DNA from: a virus
Reading direction: 5' to 3' (one strand)
IMG/VR virus record: IMGVR_UViG_3300038463_000177
Length of the DNA stretch: 64,000 nucleotides
Shown: positions 51,678 to 60,260 of the stretch, piece by piece
Layout of the letters: each line of letters begins with the position of its first letter
Numbering within the stretch: position 1 is the stretch's first letter
Program-made: the position numbers and the translations under genes
The notes under the pieces: model-generated
What the model was told of the DNA's origin: nothing
Database searches by the model: none
Seen by the model: the letters and a program-made list of their open reading frames with translations, nothing else

Positions 51678-52129
51678 TGGACGCTGATTCAGCGGAGATT
51701 TATCCCACTGACGATTCCCGACGGCAAATTATCCGACGGGCCGTGCCAGAAGATTTGTCGAGACTGCTCGACATCATGGATCCGTGCTACCCCGGACGGA
51801 GCATCCGCCGAGGCGCAAGGTGGATCGCTTGGCACATCAATAACCCGGATTCGATTGTGCTGCTGGGCCCCGCTTCTGTCAGCATCGGCTGTATCGCGAC
51901 AAGATTTGGGTATGAGAAAGTAGCCCGGATGGAAGTTCTATGCACGACGAAAGGCAAAGCTACTGCAATCGAGCCCCTGCGGCATATGCGGATTATGACT
52001 GCTTGGGCGCGAGAGCATAATCTGCCGCTTCACATCGCTTCGGACACCGGTGTCGATTTAGGGCCTATAGCGAGGCGCTTGGGCGGGCGCGAGATACCCA
52101 CTACCCCGCGGTATTTGGTAGGGATTTGA
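51677..52129 (+). CDS. GNAT-like acetyltransferase (tentative)
   Basis: IIRRAVPEDLSRLLDIM..; lower GC; weak by-eye call. Confidence 0.5.
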   Translation: MDADSAEIYPTDDSRRQIIRRAVPEDLSRLLDIMDPCYPGRSIRRGARWIAWHINNPDSIVLLGPASVSIGCIATRFGYEKVARMEVLCTTKGKATAIEPLRHMRIMTAWAREHNLPLHIASDTGVDLGPIARRLGGREIPTTPRYLVGI

Positions 52130-53538
52130 TCATGTGCGATGTTGGTTCTGGTGATGATTCTCCTTCTTTCGACGGGGGCGGCGGGTACGTACCCGCCGCA
52201 GGCCCAGGGTTATCGTCGGACTACAACTATTCGTCGCCGATTGCCGGGATCGACCCATCAAGTTTTTCGGGCGCAGCGCCTGCAGCGGGCGATAGCGGCG
52301 GGTCGGCTGTGCCGGGGGTGGTCAATAGCGCGTTTGACATCAACAGTATCGGCTCCGGAGGGAACACACCGTTTGGCTTTGCCGGTTCCGGCTCGTCGGT
52401 TGCCGGTTCCGGCTCGTCGATTGCCGATATGGCAAACGCCGCGGTTTCCAGTGGGACCAGTAACGGCCTCGATTTTTCCTCCCTGTTTTCGGGCGGCAGC
52501 GCGGGCGGCGGCCCCGGCGTGCTCGACCCTTCGGTTTCAGCTCCGACACAACCCACTTCGATCGGCGGTGTGACCAGTTCGAATCCGCTCGACGCGTTTG
52601 CATTGGCGCCGGGTGGGGCGAACAATCCCGCGGTGCAGGGGGCTGCCGGGTCAGTTTCGCCGGGCGGCGCGAGCGCTGGCGCCCTCGCTGGCTCCGCAGG
52701 CGTCGGCGGCTTTGATCCAACTTCGCTTGACGCGCAAGCGGTTAATAATTCTGTCAACAACCCGGGGACCGGTTCTCCGACGAACATCACGCCTTCGTCT
52801 TCGCAGTCCCCGACTATTGACACCCTGCTTGGTAAACCGCCAGCGGCCAATAGCGGCTCGGGCGGCACAAGTTCTGGAATCTCGTCGCTGCTTGGCAACA
52901 GCCCGCTGACCTCTATCGCTTCGATCGCTGGTCTTGGTTACAACATTTATCAGGGACAAAAACAGACGGCGAACCAGAATGCGTTGACCGCCGCTGCGCA
53001 GCAGCAGGCAGCGACCGGGCAGCAAGCGTTCAACGCTGGCGCTCCGATCGCGACAGCAAACGCCAGCACCGGGCAACAGATCACAGCTCAGGGACAGGCC
53101 CTGCAGCAGTATTTGACGACTGGCCAGCTGCCGCCGAACTACCAAGCCCAAGTTGACCAGGCGATCAACTCGTACAAGCAGCAGGCGATCTCGGCGGCGG
53201 TTGCGAAAGGGCAGCCGGGCGATCCAAACATGAACTCGTCGCTGGCTCAGACGCTGGCAGGCATCGACCAGCAGCGCGCGACGTTGACCGCCAACCTCGC
53301 CACCACCCTGTTCAGCGCCGGCTCGGCCGACATCTCCGCCGGCGGCGCGCTGTCCTCATCGTCCGCGCAGTCCCTGCTCGGCGCCGGCCAGAACGCGTCC
53401 GGCCTGTCCGCGCAGCTCTATCAGACGCTGGTGCAGAACGACACCACGCAGGCGGCCAACACCGGCAAGGCGATCGCCTCGCTGGCGGCGGCGCTCAATA
53501 GCAAGGGCTCGAACACCGGGACCACGGCGACCTCGTAA
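52126..53538 (+). CDS. internal virion/ejection protein, low-complexity
   Basis: N-terminal half S/G/A/P-rich, C-terminal half Q/A-rich coiled coil; TTG 52126 or ATG 52132. Confidence 0.62.
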   Translation: MIMCDVGSGDDSPSFDGGGGYVPAAGPGLSSDYNYSSPIAGIDPSSFSGAAPAAGDSGGSAVPGVVNSAFDINSIGSGGNTPFGFAGSGSSVAGSGSSIADMANAAVSSGTSNGLDFSSLFSGGSAGGGPGVLDPSVSAPTQPTSIGGVTSSNPLDAFALAPGGANNPAVQGAAGSVSPGGASAGALAGSAGVGGFDPTSLDAQAVNNSVNNPGTGSPTNITPSSSQSPTIDTLLGKPPAANSGSGGTSSGISSLLGNSPLTSIASIAGLGYNIYQGQKQTANQNALTAAAQQQAATGQQAFNAGAPIATANASTGQQITAQGQALQQYLTTGQLPPNYQAQVDQAINSYKQQAISAAVAKGQPGDPNMNSSLAQTLAGIDQQRATLTANLATTLFSAGSADISAGGALSSSSAQSLLGAGQNASGLSAQLYQTLVQNDTTQAANTGKAIASLAAALNSKGSNTGTTATS

Positions 53539-55428
53539 ATGGCCGACACCCAGACCCAAGACCCGCCCTCCGCCAGTTCTCCGTTCGACGCGGGAGCGGC
53601 GCCCGTCGCTAACCTCGCAGGCTCCAGTGCATGGGGCTCATCGATCGCCTCGCTTGCCGGTAGCGGGGATGACAGAGAGATGTCCGGGCTGATCTCGGGC
53701 CTGCGCGACCTGCAGCGCAAGAAGCTGCAGAAGGACGACGAGATGACCGTCCAGATGAACGCCACCATGGCCAAGGACAAGGAGATTCGCGAGAAGGCGT
53801 TCGCACAAGAAGGCGTCGACATCGCCGAGATGCCGCAAAAGTGGGATGCGGACAAGGAGCATAAGAAGTTCGAGACCAACCCGATCGAGGGCTTCGGCTC
53901 GCTCGGCGGCATGTTCGCCATGGTCGCTTCCGCGTTCACCAAGGCGCCGATGGAGAACGCCATCAACGGCATGGCCGGTGCGATCACCGCGATCAAGGAC
54001 GGCAAGGAGCAGGACTACCAGCGCGCGTTCACCGCGTTCAAGGAGAACGTCAAGCTCGCCGACCAGCGATTCAAGATGCAGCACGGACTTTATACCGACG
54101 CGCTCAGCCTCGCCCAGACCGACATGGCGGCGATGGAAGCGAAGATGCGCAACGCCGCGGTGCGGTTTGGCGACCAGCACGTCCTGATGCTGGCCGACCA
54201 CGGCATGGTCAAGGAAATCTACGAGTTGCAGGAGGCCCGCGCCAAGGCGCACGAGCAGATGATGAAGTCGACGGAAGCTCTCACCGAGCACCGCATGCGG
54301 CAGGACGTCTACGACCTCATGACCAAGGAGATTCCGCAGGGCCTGCCGCCCGCGATCGCAGCGGCGCACAAGCTGGCGGCGTGGAACAAGGCGCATGACG
54401 TCAAGGACACCACGACGCCGGAGCAGGCGGTCGCCGGCCGGCTCATCAACGAGAACCCGCAGGCGACGGGCCAGGAACTGGCCCAGATATTCAGGGACAA
54501 CGGCGTCCAGGTCGGTCGGCAGCCCGAGCGCGACCGCCTCATGGAGGAGCGCATCTACTACGAGGAGCAGGCTATCCGTGACCGCGAGGGGCGCGAGCCG
54601 ACTGCTGCCGAGAGCGCCAAGATCCGGGAGAGTGCTGCGGCCATGGGGCGAGCGCCGACGGGCACTGGTCCGGGCGGCGTCACCAACATGGGCAAGGAGC
54701 AGGCGCTGGCGGTCGAGGAGGAGATGAAGAAGGACCCCAAGCTGTCGCGCGTGGAAGCCATCGAGAAGGTCAAGCGCGCGGCTTCCACCCCGTCAGGCAA
54801 CCGCCTCGACGATCTCTCGAGCAAGATCGACCAGACCGACAACATCATCCGGGGCTCCGAGAAGCAGCTGGACTTCCTGCACACCTTCAAGGGCGGTGCC
54901 GGCCTGATGGGCAAGATCATGCGCGGCGAGGAAATCGCGTCCAACATCGTCGGCGCCGGCACCCAGTCGGAGCGCGTGGAGTTCAGGCGGCGGGTGCACG
55001 AGTTGCAGGAGATGGTGCCGCGCATCATCACCGACAGTAATGGGCGCCCGTTGAAGTCCGCGCAGGACAAGGTCGACGACTTCGTTGCCGGTCTCAACGC
55101 GGGCGACACCGGACCCAACACCATCAGGGCCTATGAAGAACTCATCGCGGAGATGCAGAAGCGCCAGGCCGACTATCGCGCACGGCGGAGCGGCGGCTTC
55201 AGCCCCGATGCCGCATCGTCCGGGGCCGGCGCACCGGCGGCGACCGCGAAGACGGAAGGCAAGCGGCCTCTGTGGGAAAGCGCGCCGATTGATTCTGGAG
55301 CAGGCGGAAAACAGTCCAGCGCTTCCGAGGCGCCGCCGGTCGAAGGTGCCCGGAAGGCGCCCGACGGTAGCTGGTACGTGAACGACCCTGACCGCCCCGG
55401 AAAATTTCTGAAGGTAATGGTATCATAG
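53539..55428 (+). CDS. internal virion protein, long coiled coil
   Basis: 629 aa, E/K/A/M-rich helical; ATG directly after upstream TAA. Confidence 0.62.
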   Translation: MADTQTQDPPSASSPFDAGAAPVANLAGSSAWGSSIASLAGSGDDREMSGLISGLRDLQRKKLQKDDEMTVQMNATMAKDKEIREKAFAQEGVDIAEMPQKWDADKEHKKFETNPIEGFGSLGGMFAMVASAFTKAPMENAINGMAGAITAIKDGKEQDYQRAFTAFKENVKLADQRFKMQHGLYTDALSLAQTDMAAMEAKMRNAAVRFGDQHVLMLADHGMVKEIYELQEARAKAHEQMMKSTEALTEHRMRQDVYDLMTKEIPQGLPPAIAAAHKLAAWNKAHDVKDTTTPEQAVAGRLINENPQATGQELAQIFRDNGVQVGRQPERDRLMEERIYYEEQAIRDREGREPTAAESAKIRESAAAMGRAPTGTGPGGVTNMGKEQALAVEEEMKKDPKLSRVEAIEKVKRAASTPSGNRLDDLSSKIDQTDNIIRGSEKQLDFLHTFKGGAGLMGKIMRGEEIASNIVGAGTQSERVEFRRRVHELQEMVPRIITDSNGRPLKSAQDKVDDFVAGLNAGDTGPNTIRAYEELIAEMQKRQADYRARRSGGFSPDAASSGAGAPAATAKTEGKRPLWESAPIDSGAGGKQSSASEAPPVEGARKAPDGSWYVNDPDRPGKFLKVMVS

Positions 55429-55429
55429 T

Positions 55430-56482
55430 ATGGAAATGATCCCCGTCGACCATGATCCGTTTGCTCACGGGGTGAAACCTCTTCAGATAGACCCGCTGAT
55501 CGGCGCGGAATCCAAGCTGGGGCTGACGACGTTCGGTGCGGCGCCGATGCGACAACCGAAGCTGGAACGGGTCGAGCATGATCCTTTTACTAAGGAACCT
55601 GCGTCACCCGCCCTTACGAAGCTGGAGCGGGTCGAGCACGACCCTTTCAAAGAAGCACCGGCACCCGATCTTGCGAAGCTGGCGCAGTTTGAACGGCTGG
55701 AGAAAAAGGGAGCTCCGGAAAACATCACCCGCGTGATTACCGGGCTGTACCGCGACGAAAGCGGTCAAGTGCGCGTGATGGGATCGAAAGAAGAACCCAA
55801 ATCAAAAATAGCGGCCGAGCAGCAGATGCCGCGCATCGAAACAAAACCGACACTTCAGGCAGAAACCAAAGTGCCTGAGATGAAGTACCCGCCCAAGATC
55901 ATCGCTCACGCGAGCGCTCAACCGGAGTTCGTTCGCCAGGTCGAGGGGTTCTACCAAAAGCTGCCAGAGTTTCCGCAGCGCGTTTTGCGTGACGGCGGCA
56001 GCGGCGTGTACATTGGGGAAAAGCTTACTGACCACAGCCCGTGGCTGGCAGGGCAGACCCCGCGAGGCTGGCCGGCAGGGACGTCGTGGGAAAATGCGGA
56101 AGGGCTGGCGCGCAACGGCGACGTTCATATCGCCAGGACTCGCCTGGATCGTTTTAGCCGGGAGTGGGTTCCCACGCACCGAGCAGAAGGCGTGTATAAC
56201 CACGAGACGGGACACGCTTTCGACTTCCACAATGATTGGCTCAGCTCGCGAGATAGGTTTTTGAAGGAATACAAGCGGGACCGGGACAAGATAGTGTTCG
56301 ACAACGAGCACGCACAGGATTTAGCCTATTATTTGCAGCGAGAAGACGCGGGACCAAAAGAAGCGTTCGCGGAAGTTTTTGCGCAGATAATCGGGCCGGG
56401 CAGCCAAGGTGAACTGGTGCTCCAGCATTTTCCGCGCGTCGAGGCTTACATGAGAGACCTGCTGAGCAGAGGGATCAAGTGA
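55430..56482 (+). CDS. internal virion protein with ATLF-like HExxH zinc-metallopeptidase domain and VEHDPF repeats
   Basis: YNHETGHAFDFH (HExxH at 56201-56215), downstream EAFAEVFAQ; N-terminal VDHDPF plus 2x KLERVEHDPF. Confidence 0.68.
   Translation: MEMIPVDHDPFAHGVKPLQIDPLIGAESKLGLTTFGAAPMRQPKLERVEHDPFTKEPASPALTKLERVEHDPFKEAPAPDLAKLAQFERLEKKGAPENITRVITGLYRDESGQVRVMGSKEEPKSKIAAEQQMPRIETKPTLQAETKVPEMKYPPKIIAHASAQPEFVRQVEGFYQKLPEFPQRVLRDGGSGVYIGEKLTDHSPWLAGQTPRGWPAGTSWENAEGLARNGDVHIARTRLDRFSREWVPTHRAEGVYNHETGHAFDFHNDWLSSRDRFLKEYKRDRDKIVFDNEHAQDLAYYLQREDAGPKEAFAEVFAQIIGPGSQGELVLQHFPRVEAYMRDLLSRGIK
55559..55678 (+). repeat. tandem 60-bp duplication encoding KLERVEHDPF(T/K)..
   Basis: aagctggaacgggtcgagcatgatcc.. 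/ aagctggagcgggtcgagcacgaccc.. read directly. Confidence 0.8.
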
Positions 56483-56724
56483 TGGCAGAAACGTGGTTCT
56501 TCAACATGGATGGCGATAACGTGCGACTTCGGTCGCAGGTCCAGGGCGACGGCATGATTGGCGATGCTTTCTCGGAGTGCGCGCCGGGCGGCTCGATCCT
56601 GAACCTGTCGTATGCAGATCTGGCAAGCCGCAAGAGCGGTAGGGTCACCATCACAGATGGCGTCGCGCGCATCGAGCCTCAACTACAGCCGGTCGAGCAC
56701 AATCCGTTTGCAGGGACCAGATGA
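56479..56724 (+). CDS. hypothetical protein ending in the VEHNPF motif
   Basis: 81 aa, coupled on both sides; C-terminus QLQPVEHNPFAGTR. Confidence 0.5.
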   Translation: MMAETWFFNMDGDNVRLRSQVQGDGMIGDAFSECAPGGSILNLSYADLASRKSGRVTITDGVARIEPQLQPVEHNPFAGTR

Positions 56725-59700
56725 GCGACACGGATTTCGATACGGAAGCAATGCGAACCGGTGATCCCGGCACGGCGCTTGCCATGGAGCAAGGCAAACA
56801 GGTGCTGCGCCCCGAATTGCCGAAGATTTCAGGCGATGAGGACTACTTGAAATTGCCGCATGGCAAAGCCTTCATCGGTCCGGACGGGCAGACCCATTAC
56901 AAGCCGATCCGCGCCGGCAAGGAAGGCGACCAGGATTACATCGCCCTCGAGGAAGGTGAGCGCTTCGCCGACCCCCAGGGCAACATGCGCACCAAGCCCA
57001 AATACGAGGGTATCGATTTCTCGCCGCAGATGCTCTACGATATCGCTCATTCCGACAAAGGCCGCAAGAAAGCGCTAGAAAAATATTACCCGGGCAAGGT
57101 CAAGGAAGACCCCAACGGCGGCTTCTACATCGAGGACGAGGACGGTAAGCTACGGAAGCCCAGCCGGGGGCTGAGCAAGTTTACCGCCGGTGCCGCATCG
57201 GAAGCTATCCCCATGGTGCTGTCGGGTGGTGGCGCCCTGCTGGGCGGTGCGGTCGGTACTTTGGCTGAACCTGGCGGGGGTACGTTTGTCGGGGGTGCGG
57301 CTGGCGGTTACGGCGGCGGCTACATGGGTCAGCGGATTAACGACATTTTCGCTCAGTTGGCAGGCGTCTATGACCCGGAAGGCGGTGAGGCCAACGCACG
57401 GATGTCTGGTTATGCTGGCGCATTAGGCGACGTTGGCGGCCGAGCGATCGCAGCGGCCGCGCCCGCAGTCAAGGAAATCGTGGGTGCGGGGAGCCGCGGT
57501 GCGGCCAAGACGACGGCCAAGTTCCTGGGCGCTAATCCGGAGAAGCTGGAAACCACGCTGCCGATCGCCGAGAAAGGCGAGCAGCCCGGCGCCGGCCCCT
57601 TTGGCCTATCCAAGCCGGGCACCGCGGTGTCGCCGTCGGCGATATTCGAATCCTCGCCGCATCTGACCAACGTCGCCGAGACCTTGCAGCAGAAGTTCGA
57701 CGCCTCCGACACCTACCTGCAAAATGCCGAGAAGTTCATGGACAAGCGCGCCAAGGACATCCTGGCGCACAAGGACATCGGCAGCATCGTGGAGGACTCG
57801 CTGGTGCACCCCAAGGCGGCGGTGTCGACCGAGGAGGCGGGCTCGCTGCTCAAGGAGTCGGCGCGGCTGCGCGCAGTCAACCAGTCGGTCGAGGCCGACC
57901 GGCAGTTGGCGGAAGCGCTCGCCAACCGGCGTGCGGCGGTCGAGGCCAAGCACGCGCCTGACATCGAGGCGCATCGCGCCCGCAACGAGAGCGTGATCAA
58001 GACCGCCACGCAGGCCAAGACGGCAGCCGACAACCTCGTCAACGAGGGCTTCCAGGCGATCGAGAAGCAGGCCAACGACGCCATCCGGGTGGCCCAGGTC
58101 GGACATAACGCCGGCGACCTTTGGCGCACGGTGGCGGAGAGCTTTGTCGGCCTGCGCAAGAGCATCGGCGTGCGGGCGAGCAAAATGTACGAAGACGCCG
58201 AGACGGCATCGGGCGGGCTGGTGCCGCCGGGAGCTAACGGACTATCGGTGCCCGCATGGCGTCTGCTGGATGAACTGCCCGAGGGCTTTGAGTCGTTGCA
58301 CCCCTCGATCGTCAAGAAGCTGCGCGACATGGCGGGGCTCAAGGACCCTAAGACCGGTGAATGGGTCAAGGAGCCAGTCGATGCAACGTGGGTGCAGTTG
58401 CACAATCTGCGCTCCCAGATTCGGCAGGACATCAAATGGAATGACCTTCCATCTGACATCAAGAACGGTACGCTCAAGCACCTCGACGGCAAGATCAGTG
58501 AAGTGCTGCACCCGCTTGAAGCAGGCGCGCATCCGAATATCAAGGAAGCCTCCCAGCTCCTCAAGTTGGCCGACGCCTTCTACCGCGAGAACATGGGGCC
58601 GCTGAACAACCAGCAGATCAAGTCGCTGGTCAAGGCGCTCGACAGCGGCCTGCAGGCCGATCCCAAGGCGCTGCTGAAAGCGACTATCCGCGAGGGCAAG
58701 ACCGAAGTCGCCGAGACCATCAAGAAAACCGTCGGCCCGCAAACCTGGGACGCCATGCGCGCGGCCGACGTGCAGGACATGCTGCAATCCTCGCGCATGA
58801 CCGACGGCAGTATTGACGCCATGAAATTCGCCAAGCAGGTCGAGGACCGCTTCCAGAACGGCGTGCTCGGCGTGCTGCACGGGCCGGCCGGCGAGGCCCG
58901 CCTGCGGCAGCAGGCCAACTACATCCAGCAACTGCGTGGCAAGATGCCGATCACCCCGCGCCCGGGCGACACCGCCAACGACATCATCCTGCGCGCTCGT
59001 GCCGCGGCGGCGGACGCCGAGAACCTGGCCAAGACCGACCCGCTCAAGGCCATGAACAACGAGATGCGCAAGGTGGAAGCGGCGGTCAAGCGGGAGCTGG
59101 CGGCCGGCCGCAAGCCCGACCCCCTCGCCTTTCTCAACGAGAGCACCGTTGGCGCCAACAAAGCGGTCGACCGCATCCTCGGCGACCCTGACCTCATCGT
59201 GGCGGCCTCCCGCGCCTTCCCGGGCGGCGAGAAGTCGGCCGAATTCCAGCTGCTGCGGCAGGTCTGGACCCAGCGCTTCCTGAGTGAGACGCTGGAGCCC
59301 GGCGAGCGGCTGGCGGCGACCTCCAAGGAGATTCAGGAGCTGATGTTCCCGGGCGTCACGCTCGACGACATGCACATGCTGGCCAAGGAGATGAAGCTCT
59401 TGATGTCCGGCGCCACCGTGCGCGGCGGGGACAACATGGGTGGCTCGATGATGGCGCAGGCGGCGGTCGAGAACCCGGCTGGCCGGATCTCGGGGCTGGG
59501 CAAACTGGCGGGCCCGGCCAAGCTGATCCCGGGCAGCAACTTCGCCATGCGCGCCGGGCTAACCGCCTACTATAACACCGTGCGCGGGCTCCTGACCTCC
59601 CCCTCCACATTGCGCTGGCTGCGGAAAGGGCTAACATCCCGGGATCCGGAGGCCAAGGCCGCCGCGCGCGCCGAGTTGCGGGCTGCCCTGCAGCGGGGCG

Positions 59701-59765
59701 GGGCGCAAGGGGCCATGATCGGGCAGGGCATTAACCAGTGGGCGGGCGGCGAGAACCAGCAATGA
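56721..59765 (+). CDS. large internal virion (ejectosome-type) protein
   Basis: 1014 aa, mostly helical, Gly-rich hydrophobic patch at aa ~150-200; no enzymatic motif recognised. Confidence 0.68.
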   Translation: MSDTDFDTEAMRTGDPGTALAMEQGKQVLRPELPKISGDEDYLKLPHGKAFIGPDGQTHYKPIRAGKEGDQDYIALEEGERFADPQGNMRTKPKYEGIDFSPQMLYDIAHSDKGRKKALEKYYPGKVKEDPNGGFYIEDEDGKLRKPSRGLSKFTAGAASEAIPMVLSGGGALLGGAVGTLAEPGGGTFVGGAAGGYGGGYMGQRINDIFAQLAGVYDPEGGEANARMSGYAGALGDVGGRAIAAAAPAVKEIVGAGSRGAAKTTAKFLGANPEKLETTLPIAEKGEQPGAGPFGLSKPGTAVSPSAIFESSPHLTNVAETLQQKFDASDTYLQNAEKFMDKRAKDILAHKDIGSIVEDSLVHPKAAVSTEEAGSLLKESARLRAVNQSVEADRQLAEALANRRAAVEAKHAPDIEAHRARNESVIKTATQAKTAADNLVNEGFQAIEKQANDAIRVAQVGHNAGDLWRTVAESFVGLRKSIGVRASKMYEDAETASGGLVPPGANGLSVPAWRLLDELPEGFESLHPSIVKKLRDMAGLKDPKTGEWVKEPVDATWVQLHNLRSQIRQDIKWNDLPSDIKNGTLKHLDGKISEVLHPLEAGAHPNIKEASQLLKLADAFYRENMGPLNNQQIKSLVKALDSGLQADPKALLKATIREGKTEVAETIKKTVGPQTWDAMRAADVQDMLQSSRMTDGSIDAMKFAKQVEDRFQNGVLGVLHGPAGEARLRQQANYIQQLRGKMPITPRPGDTANDIILRARAAAADAENLAKTDPLKAMNNEMRKVEAAVKRELAAGRKPDPLAFLNESTVGANKAVDRILGDPDLIVAASRAFPGGEKSAEFQLLRQVWTQRFLSETLEPGERLAATSKEIQELMFPGVTLDDMHMLAKEMKLLMSGATVRGGDNMGGSMMAQAAVENPAGRISGLGKLAGPAKLIPGSNFAMRAGLTAYYNTVRGLLTSPSTLRWLRKGLTSRDPEAKAAARAELRAALQRGGAQGAMIGQGINQWAGGENQQ

Positions 59766-59974
59766 GCGACTTTCTGGACGAATACGAGGGCCTGGCCGCC
59801 GAGCTCGCCAAAGAGGCGCGGGCGGCTTCGGTCGCTTTCGGCGACAAGATCGACGCCCTGAAGGCGCTGACCCCCTTCTACGTCTACAAGATGAAGAACA
59901 TGAAGCCGGTCGACGACAGCGCCGACATGACGTTCGACCGCTTCCAGCGCGACATCCACGCCACGGAGAACTGA
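59762..59974 (+). CDS. hypothetical small protein
   Basis: 70 aa, ATGA overlap. Confidence 0.5.
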   Translation: MSDFLDEYEGLAAELAKEARAASVAFGDKIDALKALTPFYVYKMKNMKPVDDSADMTFDRFQRDIHATEN

Positions 59975-59975
59975 C

Positions 59976-60260
59976 ATGGCCAAGGAAAACCCCGGATTCG
60001 AGATTGTTGGCGGCACCGAGGTCGAACAGCCTCCGGCGCCGGCCGCCAACGGCCTCCACATCGCCATGCTGACGATCGCCCTCAAGGCGCTCAGCCAGCG
60101 CGCGCTGACCGCAGCAACCGACCTGTTCACCCTGATCACCGTCGCCGGTGCCTTTTACCTCTGGTACCTGACGCCCGACCCCAACGACAAGCAGATCATT
60201 TCGCTGTCGATTTATGCGGCGTTCACGCTGGCGGCCAACTGGATCGTGAGGCGGAAGTGA
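59976..60260 (+). CDS. membrane protein with 2-3 TM segments (holin-like candidate)
   Basis: LHIAMLTIALKAL.., LFTLITVAGAFYLWYL, ISLSIYAAFTLAANWIV. Confidence 0.5.
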   Translation: MAKENPGFEIVGGTEVEQPPAPAANGLHIAMLTIALKALSQRALTAATDLFTLITVAGAFYLWYLTPDPNDKQIISLSIYAAFTLAANWIVRRK

